Below, in pieces: positions 6,598 through 16,516 of a stretch of DNA of 40,410 bases. Made by a program: the position numbers and the translations under genes. Below the pieces are notes generated by a model. It was not told the DNA's origin. It searched no databases and saw nothing but the letters and a program-made list of their open reading frames with translations. Position 1 is the first letter of the stretch. Every line of letters begins with the position of its first letter. The DNA is from Bacilli bacterium (GTDB taxonomy: Bacteria; Bacillota_I; Bacilli_A; RF39; UBA660): NCBI GenBank assembly GCA_035399485.1, contig DAOPJC010000002.1, positions 1 through 40,410 on the forward strand, read 5' to 3'.

Positions 6598-6606
6598 ATT
6601 ATATCA
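6598..6606 (-). promoter_or_regulatory. extended -10 promoter element for the tRNA-Leu/tRNA-His transcript
   Basis: Minus strand TGaTATAAT, with the -10 ending about 10 nt upstream of the mature tRNA-Leu 5' end. There is no strong -35. Confidence 0.45.
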
Positions 6607-6636
6607 CATCTATAATTAATTTTAAATATGATATAA

Positions 6637-7191
6637 TTAATTTTCTTTATATTTAGAATTATATAAATCAGTTACTTTTTCTTCTGATATTTCTACTTCT
6701 TCTAATTCTGGTAATTGTTCTAATGAAGATATTCCTAAGTAATCTAAAAATTCGTCTGTTACTGAATATAATATAGGTCTACCAGGTAATTCTGCTCTTC
6801 CTACCTCTTTAATTAAATTTCTATATAATAGTTTTCTCATTTGATATGAACTATCTACACCCCTAATATCATCTACATAGCTTCTTGTTACTGGAGAATT
6901 ATAAGCAACTACTGCAAGTGTTTCTAATGCAGATTGACTTAATTCATCATTTTTTTCTACTTCTACTAATTTTTCATAATATTCTTTATGTTCTTTTTTT
7001 GTTACTAATTTATATTTATTAGCATAATATTCTATATTTAAACCATGTTTTTCATCTTTATATATATCTTTTAAATTATCTATATATTTAGTTAAATCTT
7101 GTTCACTTATATGTAGTAAATCAATTAATCTATCTTTATCAATACCTTCATTACCTACTACAAATAATATACCCTCTAATACGCCTTCCAT
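6637..7191 (-). CDS. scpB: segregation and condensation protein B
   Basis: 184 aa. N-terminal LEGILFVVGNEGI and ALETLAVVAYNSPVTRSYVDDIRGV...LPGRPILY match ScpB winged-helix motifs. Its start overlaps the scpA stop. Confidence 0.9.
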   Translation of the reverse strand: MEGVLEGILFVVGNEGIDKDRLIDLLHISEQDLTKYIDNLKDIYKDEKHGLNIEYYANKYKLVTKKEHKEYYEKLVEVEKNDELSQSALETLAVVAYNSPVTRSYVDDIRGVDSSYQMRKLLYRNLIKEVGRAELPGRPILYSVTDEFLDYLGISSLEQLPELEEVEISEEKVTDLYNSKYKEN

Positions 7192-7916
7192 TAAATACCT
7201 TCCATTTCTTCAAGAAAAATACTATCAAAGTTTTTATCTTGTTTAATTAATAATTCTTGTTTTCTTGCCATATTTAATACTGATAAAAATGTTACAACTA
7301 CATATTCCTTAGTTCTTATATTAAATAATTCTTTAAATTCTATTTTCTTTTGTTTTTTTAATATATCTTTTATTTCTTTACTTCTTATGGTAACAGAATA
7401 CTCTTTTGTTGTAATTTTAGTATTTAATGGCTTATCTAATTCTTTTCTACTTAACATACTATTAAATGCTTTTATTAGATCATCCATAGAAAAACTTTCA
7501 TCCAATTTTGTTGGTTTTTCAATATAATCACTTAAATCATATGGTTCTTTTGAATGAATTTCTAATCTTTCTTGTTCATACTCTTTCAATGAACTTGTAA
7601 TATTTTTATATTTTTCATATTCTAATAATCTATTTATTAATTGTTCTCTTGGATCTTCTTCATATTCATCTTCAGTGTCTAATTCTTTTTTAGGTAATAA
7701 ATAATATGATTTAATTTCCATTAATTCTGCAGCCATAACTAAATATTCACTAGCAATATTTAAATTCAATTCTTCCATTTCATTAATAAAATCTAAATAT
7801 TGTTTAGTAACATCTTCAATATTTATATCATATATATCTATATCTGATTTTTTTATTAAATGAAGTAATAAATCCATTGGACCTTCAAAATCATTAATCA
7901 TTAATTTACAATCCAT
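7191..7916 (-). CDS. scpA: segregation and condensation protein A (kleisin)
   Basis: Contains the FEGPMDLLLHLIKK motif and a conserved C-terminal winged helix (VVTFLSVLNMARKQEL). The track start at 7925 is a GTG directly abutting AGGA. ATG 7916 has better RBS spacing, so the start is uncertain by 3 codons. Confidence 0.88.
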   Translation of the reverse strand: MDCKLMINDFEGPMDLLLHLIKKSDIDIYDINIEDVTKQYLDFINEMEELNLNIASEYLVMAAELMEIKSYYLLPKKELDTEDEYEEDPREQLINRLLEYEKYKNITSSLKEYEQERLEIHSKEPYDLSDYIEKPTKLDESFSMDDLIKAFNSMLSRKELDKPLNTKITTKEYSVTIRSKEIKDILKKQKKIEFKELFNIRTKEYVVVTFLSVLNMARKQELLIKQDKNFDSIFLEEMEGI

Positions 7917-8037
7917 TTTTATCACATCCTAAATAGTATATTTGTAAAAACATCTTTATTTATAATATCTTTCACTGTATTTTATTATAACATATAACTT
8001 TTTTATTTCAAACATATATGTTATAATTAATTTGGTG

Positions 8038-8346
8038 ATGAGTTTGAAAAATTTTACAGTTAAAGATGAAAATTTCGTATGTGAAAATTGTGGTCATGAT
8101 GTTGATAAATTACATTATTCTTCAAGAGATCATTGCCCAAATTGTTTATATTCTAAACATGTAGATATTTTACCTGGCGATAGATTAAATGATTGTCAAG
8201 GATTATTAAAACCTATTGGAATAGAAAAATTTAAAGACACATACAAAATAATATATAAATGTTTAAAATGTGGTGAAACTCATAAGAATGTAATTGCTAA
8301 AGATGACAATATGGATTTAATTATTGATTTATCCATACAAAAATAG
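8038..8346 (+). CDS. RNHCP-domain zinc-ribbon protein
   Basis: Contains CENCGH...RDHCPNCLYSKHVD...CLKCGETH, the Cys-rich RNHCP signature. The start is ambiguous between TTG 8032, GTG 8035 and ATG 8038. There is no convincing SD. Confidence 0.7.
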   Translation: MSLKNFTVKDENFVCENCGHDVDKLHYSSRDHCPNCLYSKHVDILPGDRLNDCQGLLKPIGIEKFKDTYKIIYKCLKCGETHKNVIAKDDNMDLIIDLSIQK

Positions 8347-8370
8347 GGCTATTAAAGTCCTATTTTTTTT
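8344..8370 (+). terminator. terminator of the RNHCP gene; overlaps the 3' end of the convergent gene
   Basis: Stem tagggct / agtccta (one mismatch), loop attaa, then a T8 run. Confidence 0.5.
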
Positions 8371-8792
8371 GTTATTAATGGTAATAGAATAATAAATGCA
8401 ACTATTAATATTACTACTATAGCTATAAATATAAAATTCTTTTTATATTTCTTATCTTCATTTACTATTTCTTGTTTTATTTCATATTCATCTAATACTT
8501 CTACTTTTTCTTTATTTGATTCTTTTAATATATCTTCTTCTGTTGCAGTACCACTTGTTACTATATTTGACGTATTTGTTTCTGGTGGTAAATCAGGAGT
8601 TATTGATACATCAGGTAATGGCTTAACCTCATTTTCTACTGGTGACATATCCATTATCAAATCTGGTGTTAGACTATTTTCTACATTGTTTACAGAAACT
8701 TCTGGCATTGGTGTTATAGGTATATCAAGCATAGAATTAATATCTATTAATTCTTCTTGACTATTATCTTTTATTAAATCATTTTCGTTCAT
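8352..8792 (-). CDS. hypothetical tail-anchored acidic protein
   Basis: 146 aa with RBS ggtga. It has an acidic, Pro/Glu-rich N-terminal region and a single C-terminal TM (FIFIAIVVILIVAFIILLPLI). Confidence 0.5.
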   Translation of the reverse strand: MNENDLIKDNSQEELIDINSMLDIPITPMPEVSVNNVENSLTPDLIMDMSPVENEVKPLPDVSITPDLPPETNTSNIVTSGTATEEDILKESNKEKVEVLDEYEIKQEIVNEDKKYKKNFIFIAIVVILIVAFIILLPLITKKIGL

Positions 8793-8796
8793 TTAA

Positions 8797-9407
8797 TCAC
8801 CATTGACAACTATAGTTATTACTTACATATTTATTTGATAATTCATATATATCATCATTATATTCACCAATAACATCTAATTTATCATCTTTCCCCAATT
8901 TCATATCTTTTAAATCTGCATTAACTAAAAGAAATACTTCTGATATTTTTAATGAAGTTGTTCCATCTAAATTTACTTCTATACTATATCCTTTATTAGT
9001 TAAGTTTGAAGTTTTTCTTTGTTTATATTTGCTTTGTTCAGCTAAAATATAATTACTATATTCATCTGTTATACTTGAATATGATATATCTTCTTTAATA
9101 CTTTTTAATTTATTATCTGTATAATATAAATATGCATAAATTGTTTTATCCCCGCCATTATCAGATACCACACTCTTACATGTTAATTTATTTGTACCTG
9201 AAGGTTTTAATATAACATATTTTTCTTCTTCTACCGGTTTAGTTTCTACTTTTTTTGTTTTTTCAAATAAAGTACCACTCTTTAATTTATCAAATGTTTT
9301 ATATATTGGTTTTAAACCAAAAATAAAAATTAATATTATTACTGCTATAAATATAAAAAGTAAAAGATCGTTATTTTTTTCCATATTTAGTCCTGCTTTT
9401 TTCATAT
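8797..9407 (-). CDS. hypothetical N-terminally anchored extracytoplasmic protein
   Basis: Start reassigned to ATG 9407 (AGGAG 7 nt upstream); the track start 9411 is a GTG. N-terminal TM is LLLFIFIAVIILIFIFGL, followed by a soluble domain with Cys near both ends. Confidence 0.5.
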
Positions 9408-9452
9408 GCACTCTCCTATTCTTCTTATATTATATCAAACTTTTATATATTT

Positions 9453-10673
9453 TTATATATTAAAATTACCATTTTTAAATATTAATATTTTACCTTTATC
9501 TGTTGTTGCTTCTATTTCTAAATCTTTGGTACCCACCATAAAATCAACATGTACATTTGAAGAATTTAAGCCATTTTCTTTTAATTCAACTTGACTTAAA
9601 TTTCTACCATTTTTAATACCTACTGGTGAGGCTGCACCAATTGCAAAATGACATGATGCATTCTCATCAAATAATGTCTCATTAAAAACTAAATTAGTAT
9701 TTGATATTGATGAATTATAAGGAACTAAAGCTATTTCACCTAAATATTGTGCTCCTTCATTTTTGTATATCAATGTTTCTAATGTTTTTTGTCCTTCTTT
9801 TGCATAACATGATACAATTTGCCCATCAATAATTTTTAAATAAAAATCATTTATCAATGTATCATTGTAATATAAAGGTCTACTGGAATATACAATACCA
9901 TTTATTTTTCGATAATCTGGTGCAGTAAATATTTCATATGAAGGCATATTAGCAATCATTTGGTTTCCTTTAGCATCTTTTTTATCTAAATTTAACCATA
10001 CATAATCTTTTGGAAGTGCTACTTCTAAATCTGTTCCTAAAGAATTTTTATAATGCATTGTTTTAATATTTAAACTATTAAGAAGATTTTTATAATAATT
10101 ATTCATATTTATATGTTCTTGCCATGCTTTTATTGGATCATTTTTATCAACCATACACATTTTCATAATACTCAAATATAATTTTTCATAAGCATTTTTA
10201 TCATCTTTGAAGATTTGTTTAGCCCATCTTTCATTAGGAAGTGCAACTATACACCAAGGGAATGTATATTTTCTTACATTTCCGCGATAATATTCTGTTG
10301 TCTTTTGTCTTTCTTCTACTAATCTTTGCATTTTTTCTTCTTCAATATCATTCATTAATCCTGGAACAGTAGAATTTAAGAACAATAATGATGCTCCTTT
10401 TTTTGCATAATCGTTCCAATTTGTTCTGTCTGTTAAGTAATTAGGTTTTATGTCTTCTAATTTTGTGTTTTTTAAATAATCATGAATTTCATCTAAATCT
10501 GCCACATTTATACATACATCATATATACCCATTTCATTAGCTCTTTTTTTGACTTTTTCAGCAAAGGTTATATGTTCTTTAAAATCACAATTAATCATTA
10601 AGGATTTCGCTTGTTCGAAATTTAAGCATCTATTTAATATTAAATCTATATATTTACTTTCTAATTCTTCCAT
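9453..10673 (-). CDS. ampS: aminopeptidase, M29 (AmpS/PepS) family
   Basis: About 406 aa. M29-type motifs: GEIALVP, LFDENASCHFAIG, VHVDFMVG. Start set at ATG 10673 behind RBS GAGGTGG, which lies inside the track's 4-codon extension. Confidence 0.8.
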   Translation of the reverse strand: MEELESKYIDLILNRCLNFEQAKSLMINCDFKEHITFAEKVKKRANEMGIYDVCINVADLDEIHDYLKNTKLEDIKPNYLTDRTNWNDYAKKGASLLFLNSTVPGLMNDIEEEKMQRLVEERQKTTEYYRGNVRKYTFPWCIVALPNERWAKQIFKDDKNAYEKLYLSIMKMCMVDKNDPIKAWQEHINMNNYYKNLLNSLNIKTMHYKNSLGTDLEVALPKDYVWLNLDKKDAKGNQMIANMPSYEIFTAPDYRKINGIVYSSRPLYYNDTLINDFYLKIIDGQIVSCYAKEGQKTLETLIYKNEGAQYLGEIALVPYNSSISNTNLVFNETLFDENASCHFAIGAASPVGIKNGRNLSQVELKENGLNSSNVHVDFMVGTKDLEIEATTDKGKILIFKNGNFNI

Positions 10674-10720
10674 AATCCACCTCATTAATTATTTATTATA
10701 ACATATTAAAAAAAATTTGA

Positions 10721-11236
10721 TTAATCAATCTTAATCAAATCTTGTGTTTCTATATATTTTAAAAACTGTTTACTATTTATATTATAACTAGGTTTATTAT
10801 ATTTATAAATATTAATGTCATTATTGCCATTATCTAAAAATTTAACTTTTACGTCTTGTAATAGTTCATTTATTGAATTATATTCATAAATACCTTTATA
10901 TTTTTCCCATGAATGCTCTAACCAATAGTATTTATTCAAATCTTTTGCAACAACAAAGGTATGCGTTTGAAAACTATCATTATTACCTTTACTTATTAAA
11001 TACGAATCACAATCTATATTTTCTTTATTTAGTAAATATCTTTCTAATTCGACTTGATCCCAACAAACACCACATTTTTTTTGTAATAACTCTTCTGGAG
11101 ATAACAAATGATAATGTTTATTAAAATTATCTTGCCAAGTATCCATATTATCAATCATATTATAATTATTAGAGTCTTTAAAACCATATTCTATATGATT
11201 TAGTTCATCCATTATTTTATTAAGTTTTTCTAACAT
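10721..11236 (-). CDS. hypothetical protein, possibly transglutaminase-like/papain-fold (Cys-His)
   Basis: 171 aa. The spacing of KKCGVCWDQVELERYLL ... QTHTFVV ... WLEHSW resembles the Cys/His/acid core of transglutaminase-like proteins. Weak call. Confidence 0.35.
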   Translation of the reverse strand: MLEKLNKIMDELNHIEYGFKDSNNYNMIDNMDTWQDNFNKHYHLLSPEELLQKKCGVCWDQVELERYLLNKENIDCDSYLISKGNNDSFQTHTFVVAKDLNKYYWLEHSWEKYKGIYEYNSINELLQDVKVKFLDNGNNDINIYKYNKPSYNINSKQFLKYIETQDLIKID

Positions 11237-11248
11237 AAATTCACCTAC

Positions 11249-11923
11249 TTAAAGTAATCCTATTATTAAAGCAATATAACCAACTATATTGATTATTGAA
11301 TGAAGTATTATCGATGCAAATACATTTTTATATTTTACATAAAAGGATGTTAGAATTAACGATGGTAGTAAATAATAAAAGAATTCTTCTATTCTAACTA
11401 TATGAATACAATCAAATAAAACTATAGAAATAATAAAAGCAATAACTAAATTAATTTTATTATCTCTCTTATTTATTATAGAGAAGCGAAAAGTCATTTC
11501 TTCTATTACTGGGGCAAATATACAGCCTTGAATAATTGTTAAAATAATTGGTACAGCTATCATTTGTTCTTTTACTGTACTATTATTTTGAGGTAATATA
11601 TCTAATTTTAGTTTACTTGTTAAATATATTAATAATCCTGAAAGAAATAAATCTAATATAAGAAATATTAATATATTTAGCCAAAATTTTCTATTTTTAA
11701 ATTGTTTACTTTTTAATTCTTTCCATTCATTTACTAATTCTTTCTTAAATATGATTATAACTAATATAAATAAAATTACATAAACAATAAGTGAAGCCCA
11801 TTCTTTTGAAACGATTGGAGCTATTATTTCCCATAATCCAAAATTAATTGAGTAAAATAAAATTATTAAAACTAATTCCTTCCACTCATTTTTTACAAAT
11901 TTCATTAATGCATTATCATTCAT
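11249..11923 (-). CDS. CPBP-family intramembrane glutamic endopeptidase (CAAX/Abi)
   Basis: Multi-TM protein with the three CPBP motifs: APVIEEMTFRF (EExxxR), LFDCIH (FxxxH) and LHSIINI (HxxxN). Confidence 0.85.
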   Translation of the reverse strand: MNDNALMKFVKNEWKELVLIILFYSINFGLWEIIAPIVSKEWASLIVYVILFILVIIIFKKELVNEWKELKSKQFKNRKFWLNILIFLILDLFLSGLLIYLTSKLKLDILPQNNSTVKEQMIAVPIILTIIQGCIFAPVIEEMTFRFSIINKRDNKINLVIAFIISIVLFDCIHIVRIEEFFYYLLPSLILTSFYVKYKNVFASIILHSIINIVGYIALIIGLL

Positions 11924-11972
11924 ATTTCACCCCTAAATACTCTATTTATATAGTATTAATTAATATATTATT

Positions 11973-12893
11973 TTAAAATTTAATTAGTTCTATAACTTTA
12001 TTAGCAATATATTCCATGCCTTTATCACCAGGATGAATTGCTACTCCACTATGATCTATTTTATGAGATGTACCATCTTTACCAATTATTGTTGTTCCTA
12101 AACCTGCTTCATATTCTTTTTTATTCCATATTGGAGATAAATCTGCATATGGTATATTTAATTTAGTAGTAACTTTTTTCTTAATGTTCTCTCTTGCTTC
12201 TTTTACCCAGAAATCTCCTACTGCCACAACTTGAGCATTTGGGGCATACTTTTTAACATATTCAATTAATTCTTCTAAATCACTTTCAAATGTATCAATA
12301 TTACTTACATTTTCGCCTAATTGAATAACTACTAAATCTAATTTAAAGTTTAAATATGATTTTATAAGTGGAAGCATTTCCGCACGATCATGTGATTGTA
12401 CTTCCCATGTTGCATAATTGTATGAATACTTATTAACTGGAAGTTTTTGTTTTTCTCCTATTGCTGATGTCACTAAACTAACATAATCTTTTTCTAATGT
12501 AGAAGCAGCCATTCCACGATCATTACTCCACCAGTTGTTATTATAGTCATGTCTTGTAATTGAATTTCCAATATACATAACATTATAATGATCATCATCA
12601 CATTTCTTTAAGTATTCTTTTGCTTCATCATCAATTGAAGGATTCAATTCAGCTATACTAATTTCATCTAATCCAATTTTTTCTGAAATGTCATTAATTT
12701 GATTAGTTTGATCTTTTACAGTTTTTTTCAAAGATTGAATTGTAATAGCTTGCCATATTCCACAACCAATAATTGTTAAAATCAAACATACTATTACGAT
12801 AATTCCTCTCCATGAATTCATTATTGAATTTTTCTTTTTACTATTTTTCTTTTTTGTACTCTTTATATTCTTTACTGCATTCTTTTTTGCCAT
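11973..12893 (-). CDS. membrane-anchored SGNH/GDSL-family hydrolase
   Basis: Lys-rich N-terminus plus one TM. SGNH blocks: MYIGNSIT (block I, Ser present), QLGEN (block III), DHSGVAIHPGDKG (block V Asp/His region). Confidence 0.7.
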   Translation of the reverse strand: MAKKNAVKNIKSTKKKNSKKKNSIMNSWRGIIVIVCLILTIIGCGIWQAITIQSLKKTVKDQTNQINDISEKIGLDEISIAELNPSIDDEAKEYLKKCDDDHYNVMYIGNSITRHDYNNNWWSNDRGMAASTLEKDYVSLVTSAIGEKQKLPVNKYSYNYATWEVQSHDRAEMLPLIKSYLNFKLDLVVIQLGENVSNIDTFESDLEELIEYVKKYAPNAQVVAVGDFWVKEARENIKKKVTTKLNIPYADLSPIWNKKEYEAGLGTTIIGKDGTSHKIDHSGVAIHPGDKGMEYIANKVIELIKF

Positions 12894-12908
12894 TTTATCT
12901 TCTCTTTT

Positions 12909-13184
12909 CTACTTTAAATTACACCACTTTTTGCAAGTTTCTATTCTTAAACCATTATCACCTTGTTCTTTATCATAAGCAAAAGCTTTTAATAATTCAC
13001 ATGGAAAATCATTGCATTCTCCACAACATTTAATATTTTTATCTTCGCAACATTTCTTTACTGGACATGAATCTGCCCAAAATGGTTTATTTATTTTAGT
13101 ACATCCATTACATCTGTCTTTAAATTCACATGTACTGCAACAAATGCCACATCTTGATTCTATCATATTTTCTTCACTTATCAT
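12909..13184 (-). CDS. Cys-rich DUF3795-like protein
   Basis: 91 aa with 16 Cys, including CGICCSTCEF...CNGC...CCGEC..FPC. Strong RBS ggagg. Confidence 0.6.
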   Translation of the reverse strand: MISEENMIESRCGICCSTCEFKDRCNGCTKINKPFWADSCPVKKCCEDKNIKCCGECNDFPCELLKAFAYDKEQGDNGLRIETCKKWCNLK

Positions 13185-13352
13185 CTATTTACCTCCATAA
13201 AACATTTATTTTCTAATAATGAAATACACTCGATATGCCTTATATGTATATTATGAATACATACCTTTGATACGTCTGGGCATTACTGAATATGTCATAG
13301 CATACATTGTCGTATAGTACACTTTATATTATGTTTATATCATTTATTAGTT

Positions 13353-13904
13353 TTAACATTTATAGTTATTCAGCATTTTACCAATCAATTCTACTGTTTC
13401 ATTTGAATTTAATCTATTACTATCTCCACCGTTATTCATAAAATCATTCCACTCTTCTAAAGCAATATCTATAGTATCCTTATTAATTTTATCTTTAAAT
13501 ATTTCTAATGCTGTATTCTTATAATTCATTAAAGATACTGCAGCTAATGTTTTATAATATGCTTTTTCAGGTATAGTTGATTTTTTATAGAACTCCAATG
13601 CAATTTCATCAGTTATTAATCTTGGATTAGTAACAATAATTTTATTACTCCTAAATACTCCATGCGGAGTTGAAGATTTAACGCAATCAACAACTTCAGC
13701 CCCATCTGGAATTATTACATCATATAAAATATTGCCCCTATGTAACCATCTTATTATTTTATCTTCTGTACTAAAGTTAAATCCTCCAAAATCTTTCCCG
13801 CTTTTAGCACTTGGATTCCATATTTTTGCAATATTAATATCATATATTTTATATTCATAATTTACACCTTTCGTATTAAACATTACTTTTATATATTTAC
13901 ACAT
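13353..13904 (-). CDS. hypothetical protein
   Basis: 183-aa ORF with RBS aaagggg. Soluble, and I recognise no motif. Confidence 0.45.
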   Translation of the reverse strand: MCKYIKVMFNTKGVNYEYKIYDINIAKIWNPSAKSGKDFGGFNFSTEDKIIRWLHRGNILYDVIIPDGAEVVDCVKSSTPHGVFRSNKIIVTNPRLITDEIALEFYKKSTIPEKAYYKTLAAVSLMNYKNTALEIFKDKINKDTIDIALEEWNDFMNNGGDSNRLNSNETVELIGKMLNNYKC

Positions 13905-13973
13905 TATTACTACCCCTTTCTAATTATTAATTATTATCTTCTTCAAAAAAAATCAAAATTATCTTTTAAAGGG

Positions 13974-15182
13974 TTAGCGTAGTTTCATAACACAAACACA
14001 TTCAACATGATATGTATTTGGAAACATATCAAATGGTGTTACTTCTTTAACATCATATAAATCAGATAATAATTTAATGTCACGTGCTAATGTTATTGGA
14101 TCACATGATACATATATAATTTCTTTAGCATTAAATCTTTTAATATCTTCAATTACTTCTTTATCTAATCCTGCTCGTGGTGGATCTAATATAATTATAT
14201 CTGTTTTATAGTCTTTATTCTTTAATATTGTTTTTGTATCTCCAGCAATAAAATCTATATTGTTAACATTATTTATTTTAGCGTTATTTTTAGCATCAAT
14301 GATTGCCATTTTATTAATTTCTATACCTAATATTTTCTTAGCATAATCGCTTACACATATTCCTATTGTTCCGGTACCACAATATAAATCTAATACTGTT
14401 GGATTAACATTTTTCTTTACATATTCTGTTATTTTATTATATAAATTGGTAACTTGTTGCGTATTTACTTGGAAAAAAGCAGTTGGACTAACTTCAAACT
14501 CTTTATTGCATATCTTTCCGATTATCTTACTTTTATCTATTGGTTTTATTAATCTATTATCTACTGTATAATTAATTTTTAACGATGGATATGTAATATT
14601 TTCTGTATATTTTTGTAAATCAAAAGTGATTTGCTTATCAGATTCATTAATATCTCTTACTACTATTTCTTTAATTCTATTTCTTGTTCTTATGTTATTA
14701 ATATTTTCTATTTCTTTATTTAAAGATTCATTTAATAAATGGCAATAATTAATATTAACTATATCATTAGTGTTTCTTTTATAATATCCTACTTTACCAT
14801 TATATTTAAATGTTACTTTATTGCGATAATTAAATTGATTAGGACTTTCAACTATTTTTTTTACTTTACCTTCTTCTAATAAAGCAAATCTTTTCATTAT
14901 ATCAATTACTTTATTTTGCTTATATTCTAATTGATCTTTATATGACATATGTAATAAATTACATCCACCACATTCTTTATAATATGGACAAACACTCTCT
15001 ATTCTTTTATCACTTTTCTTGATATATTTTTTAACTATAGCTTCTGCTATCTTTTTATTTTGTTTTGTTATTAAGATATCAACTATTTCACCAGGTAAGG
15101 CATTTTCTATAAATACTATTTTATCATTTATATGAGCAATTCCTCTTCCTTGATGATCAAGTTTTTCAATTTCTAAATTCAT
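13974..15182 (-). CDS. rumA: 23S rRNA (uracil-5-)-methyltransferase, RumA/RlmD family
   Basis: N-terminal TRAM region (KLDHQGRGIAH), Fe-S Cys cluster CPYYKECGGCNLLHM, SAM motif LDLYCGTGTIG, and catalytic-Cys region IIYVSCDPITLARD. Start set to ATG 15182 behind aggtgg; the track extension has no RBS. Confidence 0.88.
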   Translation of the reverse strand: MNLEIEKLDHQGRGIAHINDKIVFIENALPGEIVDILITKQNKKIAEAIVKKYIKKSDKRIESVCPYYKECGGCNLLHMSYKDQLEYKQNKVIDIMKRFALLEEGKVKKIVESPNQFNYRNKVTFKYNGKVGYYKRNTNDIVNINYCHLLNESLNKEIENINNIRTRNRIKEIVVRDINESDKQITFDLQKYTENITYPSLKINYTVDNRLIKPIDKSKIIGKICNKEFEVSPTAFFQVNTQQVTNLYNKITEYVKKNVNPTVLDLYCGTGTIGICVSDYAKKILGIEINKMAIIDAKNNAKINNVNNIDFIAGDTKTILKNKDYKTDIIILDPPRAGLDKEVIEDIKRFNAKEIIYVSCDPITLARDIKLLSDLYDVKEVTPFDMFPNTYHVECVCVMKLR

Positions 15183-15208
15183 ATAACCACCTGTAATAAG
15201 TATAACAT

Positions 15209-15237
15209 AAAAAAACACTTAATTAATCAATTAAGTG
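15209..15237 (-). terminator. hairpin plus T-run at the end of mreB/mbl
   Basis: Stem cacttaatt / aattaagtg with loop aatc, followed on the minus strand by TTTTT. It overlaps the stop codon and is an all-weak, AT-rich stem. Confidence 0.4.
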
Positions 15238-16209
15238 TATATTATCTAGCATTATTCCTGTACCTTCAGCAACACATGTTAGTGGATTACTTGCGACATA
15301 AACTGGTATTTGTAATTCTTTTTCTATAATTTTATCTAGACCTTCCATTAATGCTCCTCCACCTGTCATAATTATTCCTTTATTTATGATATCGGCAGAT
15401 AATTCTGGTGAAGTTTGTTCTAATACCAATTTAGCATTATGTATTATATTTTTTACTGAATCTTTTAATGCTTCTTCTACTTCATCAGAAGTAATTTCTA
15501 TAGTATCAGGTAAACCTGTTACTATGTTTCGACCTCTAACTTTCATAGCTTCTTTTTTCTTTTTATTATATACTGTACCTATTTTAATTTTAATATCTTC
15601 AGCACTTCTTTCACCAATTAATAATTTATATTTATTCTTAATATATTTAATTATTTCTTGATCAAAAGTATTACCAGCCACTTTGATTGAAGCACTATTA
15701 ACTATTCCACCTAGTGATAATACAGCTATATCAGTTGTTCCACCACCAATATCTATTATCATACTTCCTGTTGGTTTAGATATATCAAGACCTGCTCCTA
15801 CAGCAGCTACTTTTGGTTCCTCTTCAATAAAAACTTTTTTAGCTCCTATTTTTTCAGCAGCTTCCTTAATAGCATTCTTCTCAACTTGAGTTATATTTGA
15901 AGGACAACATATTAAAATTCTTGGTTTAGAAAAAGGATTCTTACCATTTATTTTTTTTAGAAATTCTTCTAACATTGTTTCTGTTACTTCAAAATCTGCA
16001 ATTACTCCATCTTTCATTGGTTTAATTGCTGAAACTTTAAATGGAGTTCTGCCTAACATTTCTTTAGCTTCTTTACCTACAGCTAATACTTTTTTTGTTT
16101 CTGCTTCTATTGCGACAACACTTGGTTCATCTAATACTATTCCTTGACCTTTTACATATATTAGTACATTTGCTGTTCCTAAATCTATTCCTATATCTTT
16201 TGAAAACAT
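15223..16209 (-). CDS. mreB: rod-shape-determining actin homologue MreB/Mbl
   Basis: MFSKDIGIDLGTANVLIY..., DIGGGTTDIAV and IIMTGGGALMEGLD are actin-fold phosphate/adenosine motifs. Its position directly after spoIIID matches mbl in Bacillus subtilis. Confidence 0.93.
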   Translation of the reverse strand: MFSKDIGIDLGTANVLIYVKGQGIVLDEPSVVAIEAETKKVLAVGKEAKEMLGRTPFKVSAIKPMKDGVIADFEVTETMLEEFLKKINGKNPFSKPRILICCPSNITQVEKNAIKEAAEKIGAKKVFIEEEPKVAAVGAGLDISKPTGSMIIDIGGGTTDIAVLSLGGIVNSASIKVAGNTFDQEIIKYIKNKYKLLIGERSAEDIKIKIGTVYNKKKKEAMKVRGRNIVTGLPDTIEITSDEVEEALKDSVKNIIHNAKLVLEQTSPELSADIINKGIIMTGGGALMEGLDKIIEKELQIPVYVASNPLTCVAEGTGIMLDNIHLID

Positions 16210-16218
16210 TTCATCACC

Positions 16219-16470
16219 TTATTTTATATTTAAATATCTAAGTTTTGTAGATTCGCCACCTCTTATATGTCTAACGTTAATATGATGTTTCAAAATTTTT
16301 TCAATTTTCCTATATTTTTCTTCATCAATTCCTTTTAATCGTTGATGTAAGTCTTTATGGACTGTACTTTTAGACACATTAAATTTCTTAGCTATTTCTC
16401 TTATTGTTTTTTGTGAATCTATCATATAATCTACTTCTTTTGATATTCTATTAAAAATAGTAGAATTCAT
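16219..16470 (-). CDS. spoIIID: sporulation transcriptional regulator SpoIIID
   Basis: 83 aa. TIREIAKKFNVSKSTVHKDL...HINVRHIRGGESTKLRY closely parallels B. subtilis SpoIIID (VIAKEFGVSKSTVHKDL...SIRHLRGGEATKLKY). Confidence 0.92.
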   Translation of the reverse strand: MNSTIFNRISKEVDYMIDSQKTIREIAKKFNVSKSTVHKDLHQRLKGIDEEKYRKIEKILKHHINVRHIRGGESTKLRYLNIK

Positions 16471-16516
16471 ATAACACCCCTTAATTAATTATATAAATTC
16501 TACTTTTATTTATTCT

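Noticed and set aside
9406-9594. Plus-strand 62-aa ORF
   Set aside because: It overlaps the 3' end of the M29 aminopeptidase gene and the start of the 204-aa gene on the opposite strand. It has no RBS.
10873-13200. Plus-strand ORFs at 10873-11124, 12812-13033 and 13012-13200
   Set aside because: All are antisense shadows of supported minus-strand genes (the 171-aa protein, the SGNH hydrolase and the DUF3795 protein). None has an RBS or a recognisable motif.
15386-15889. Plus-strand ORFs antisense to mreB (15386-15661 and 15683-15889)
   Set aside because: MreB on the minus strand is unambiguous, so these are shadow frames.
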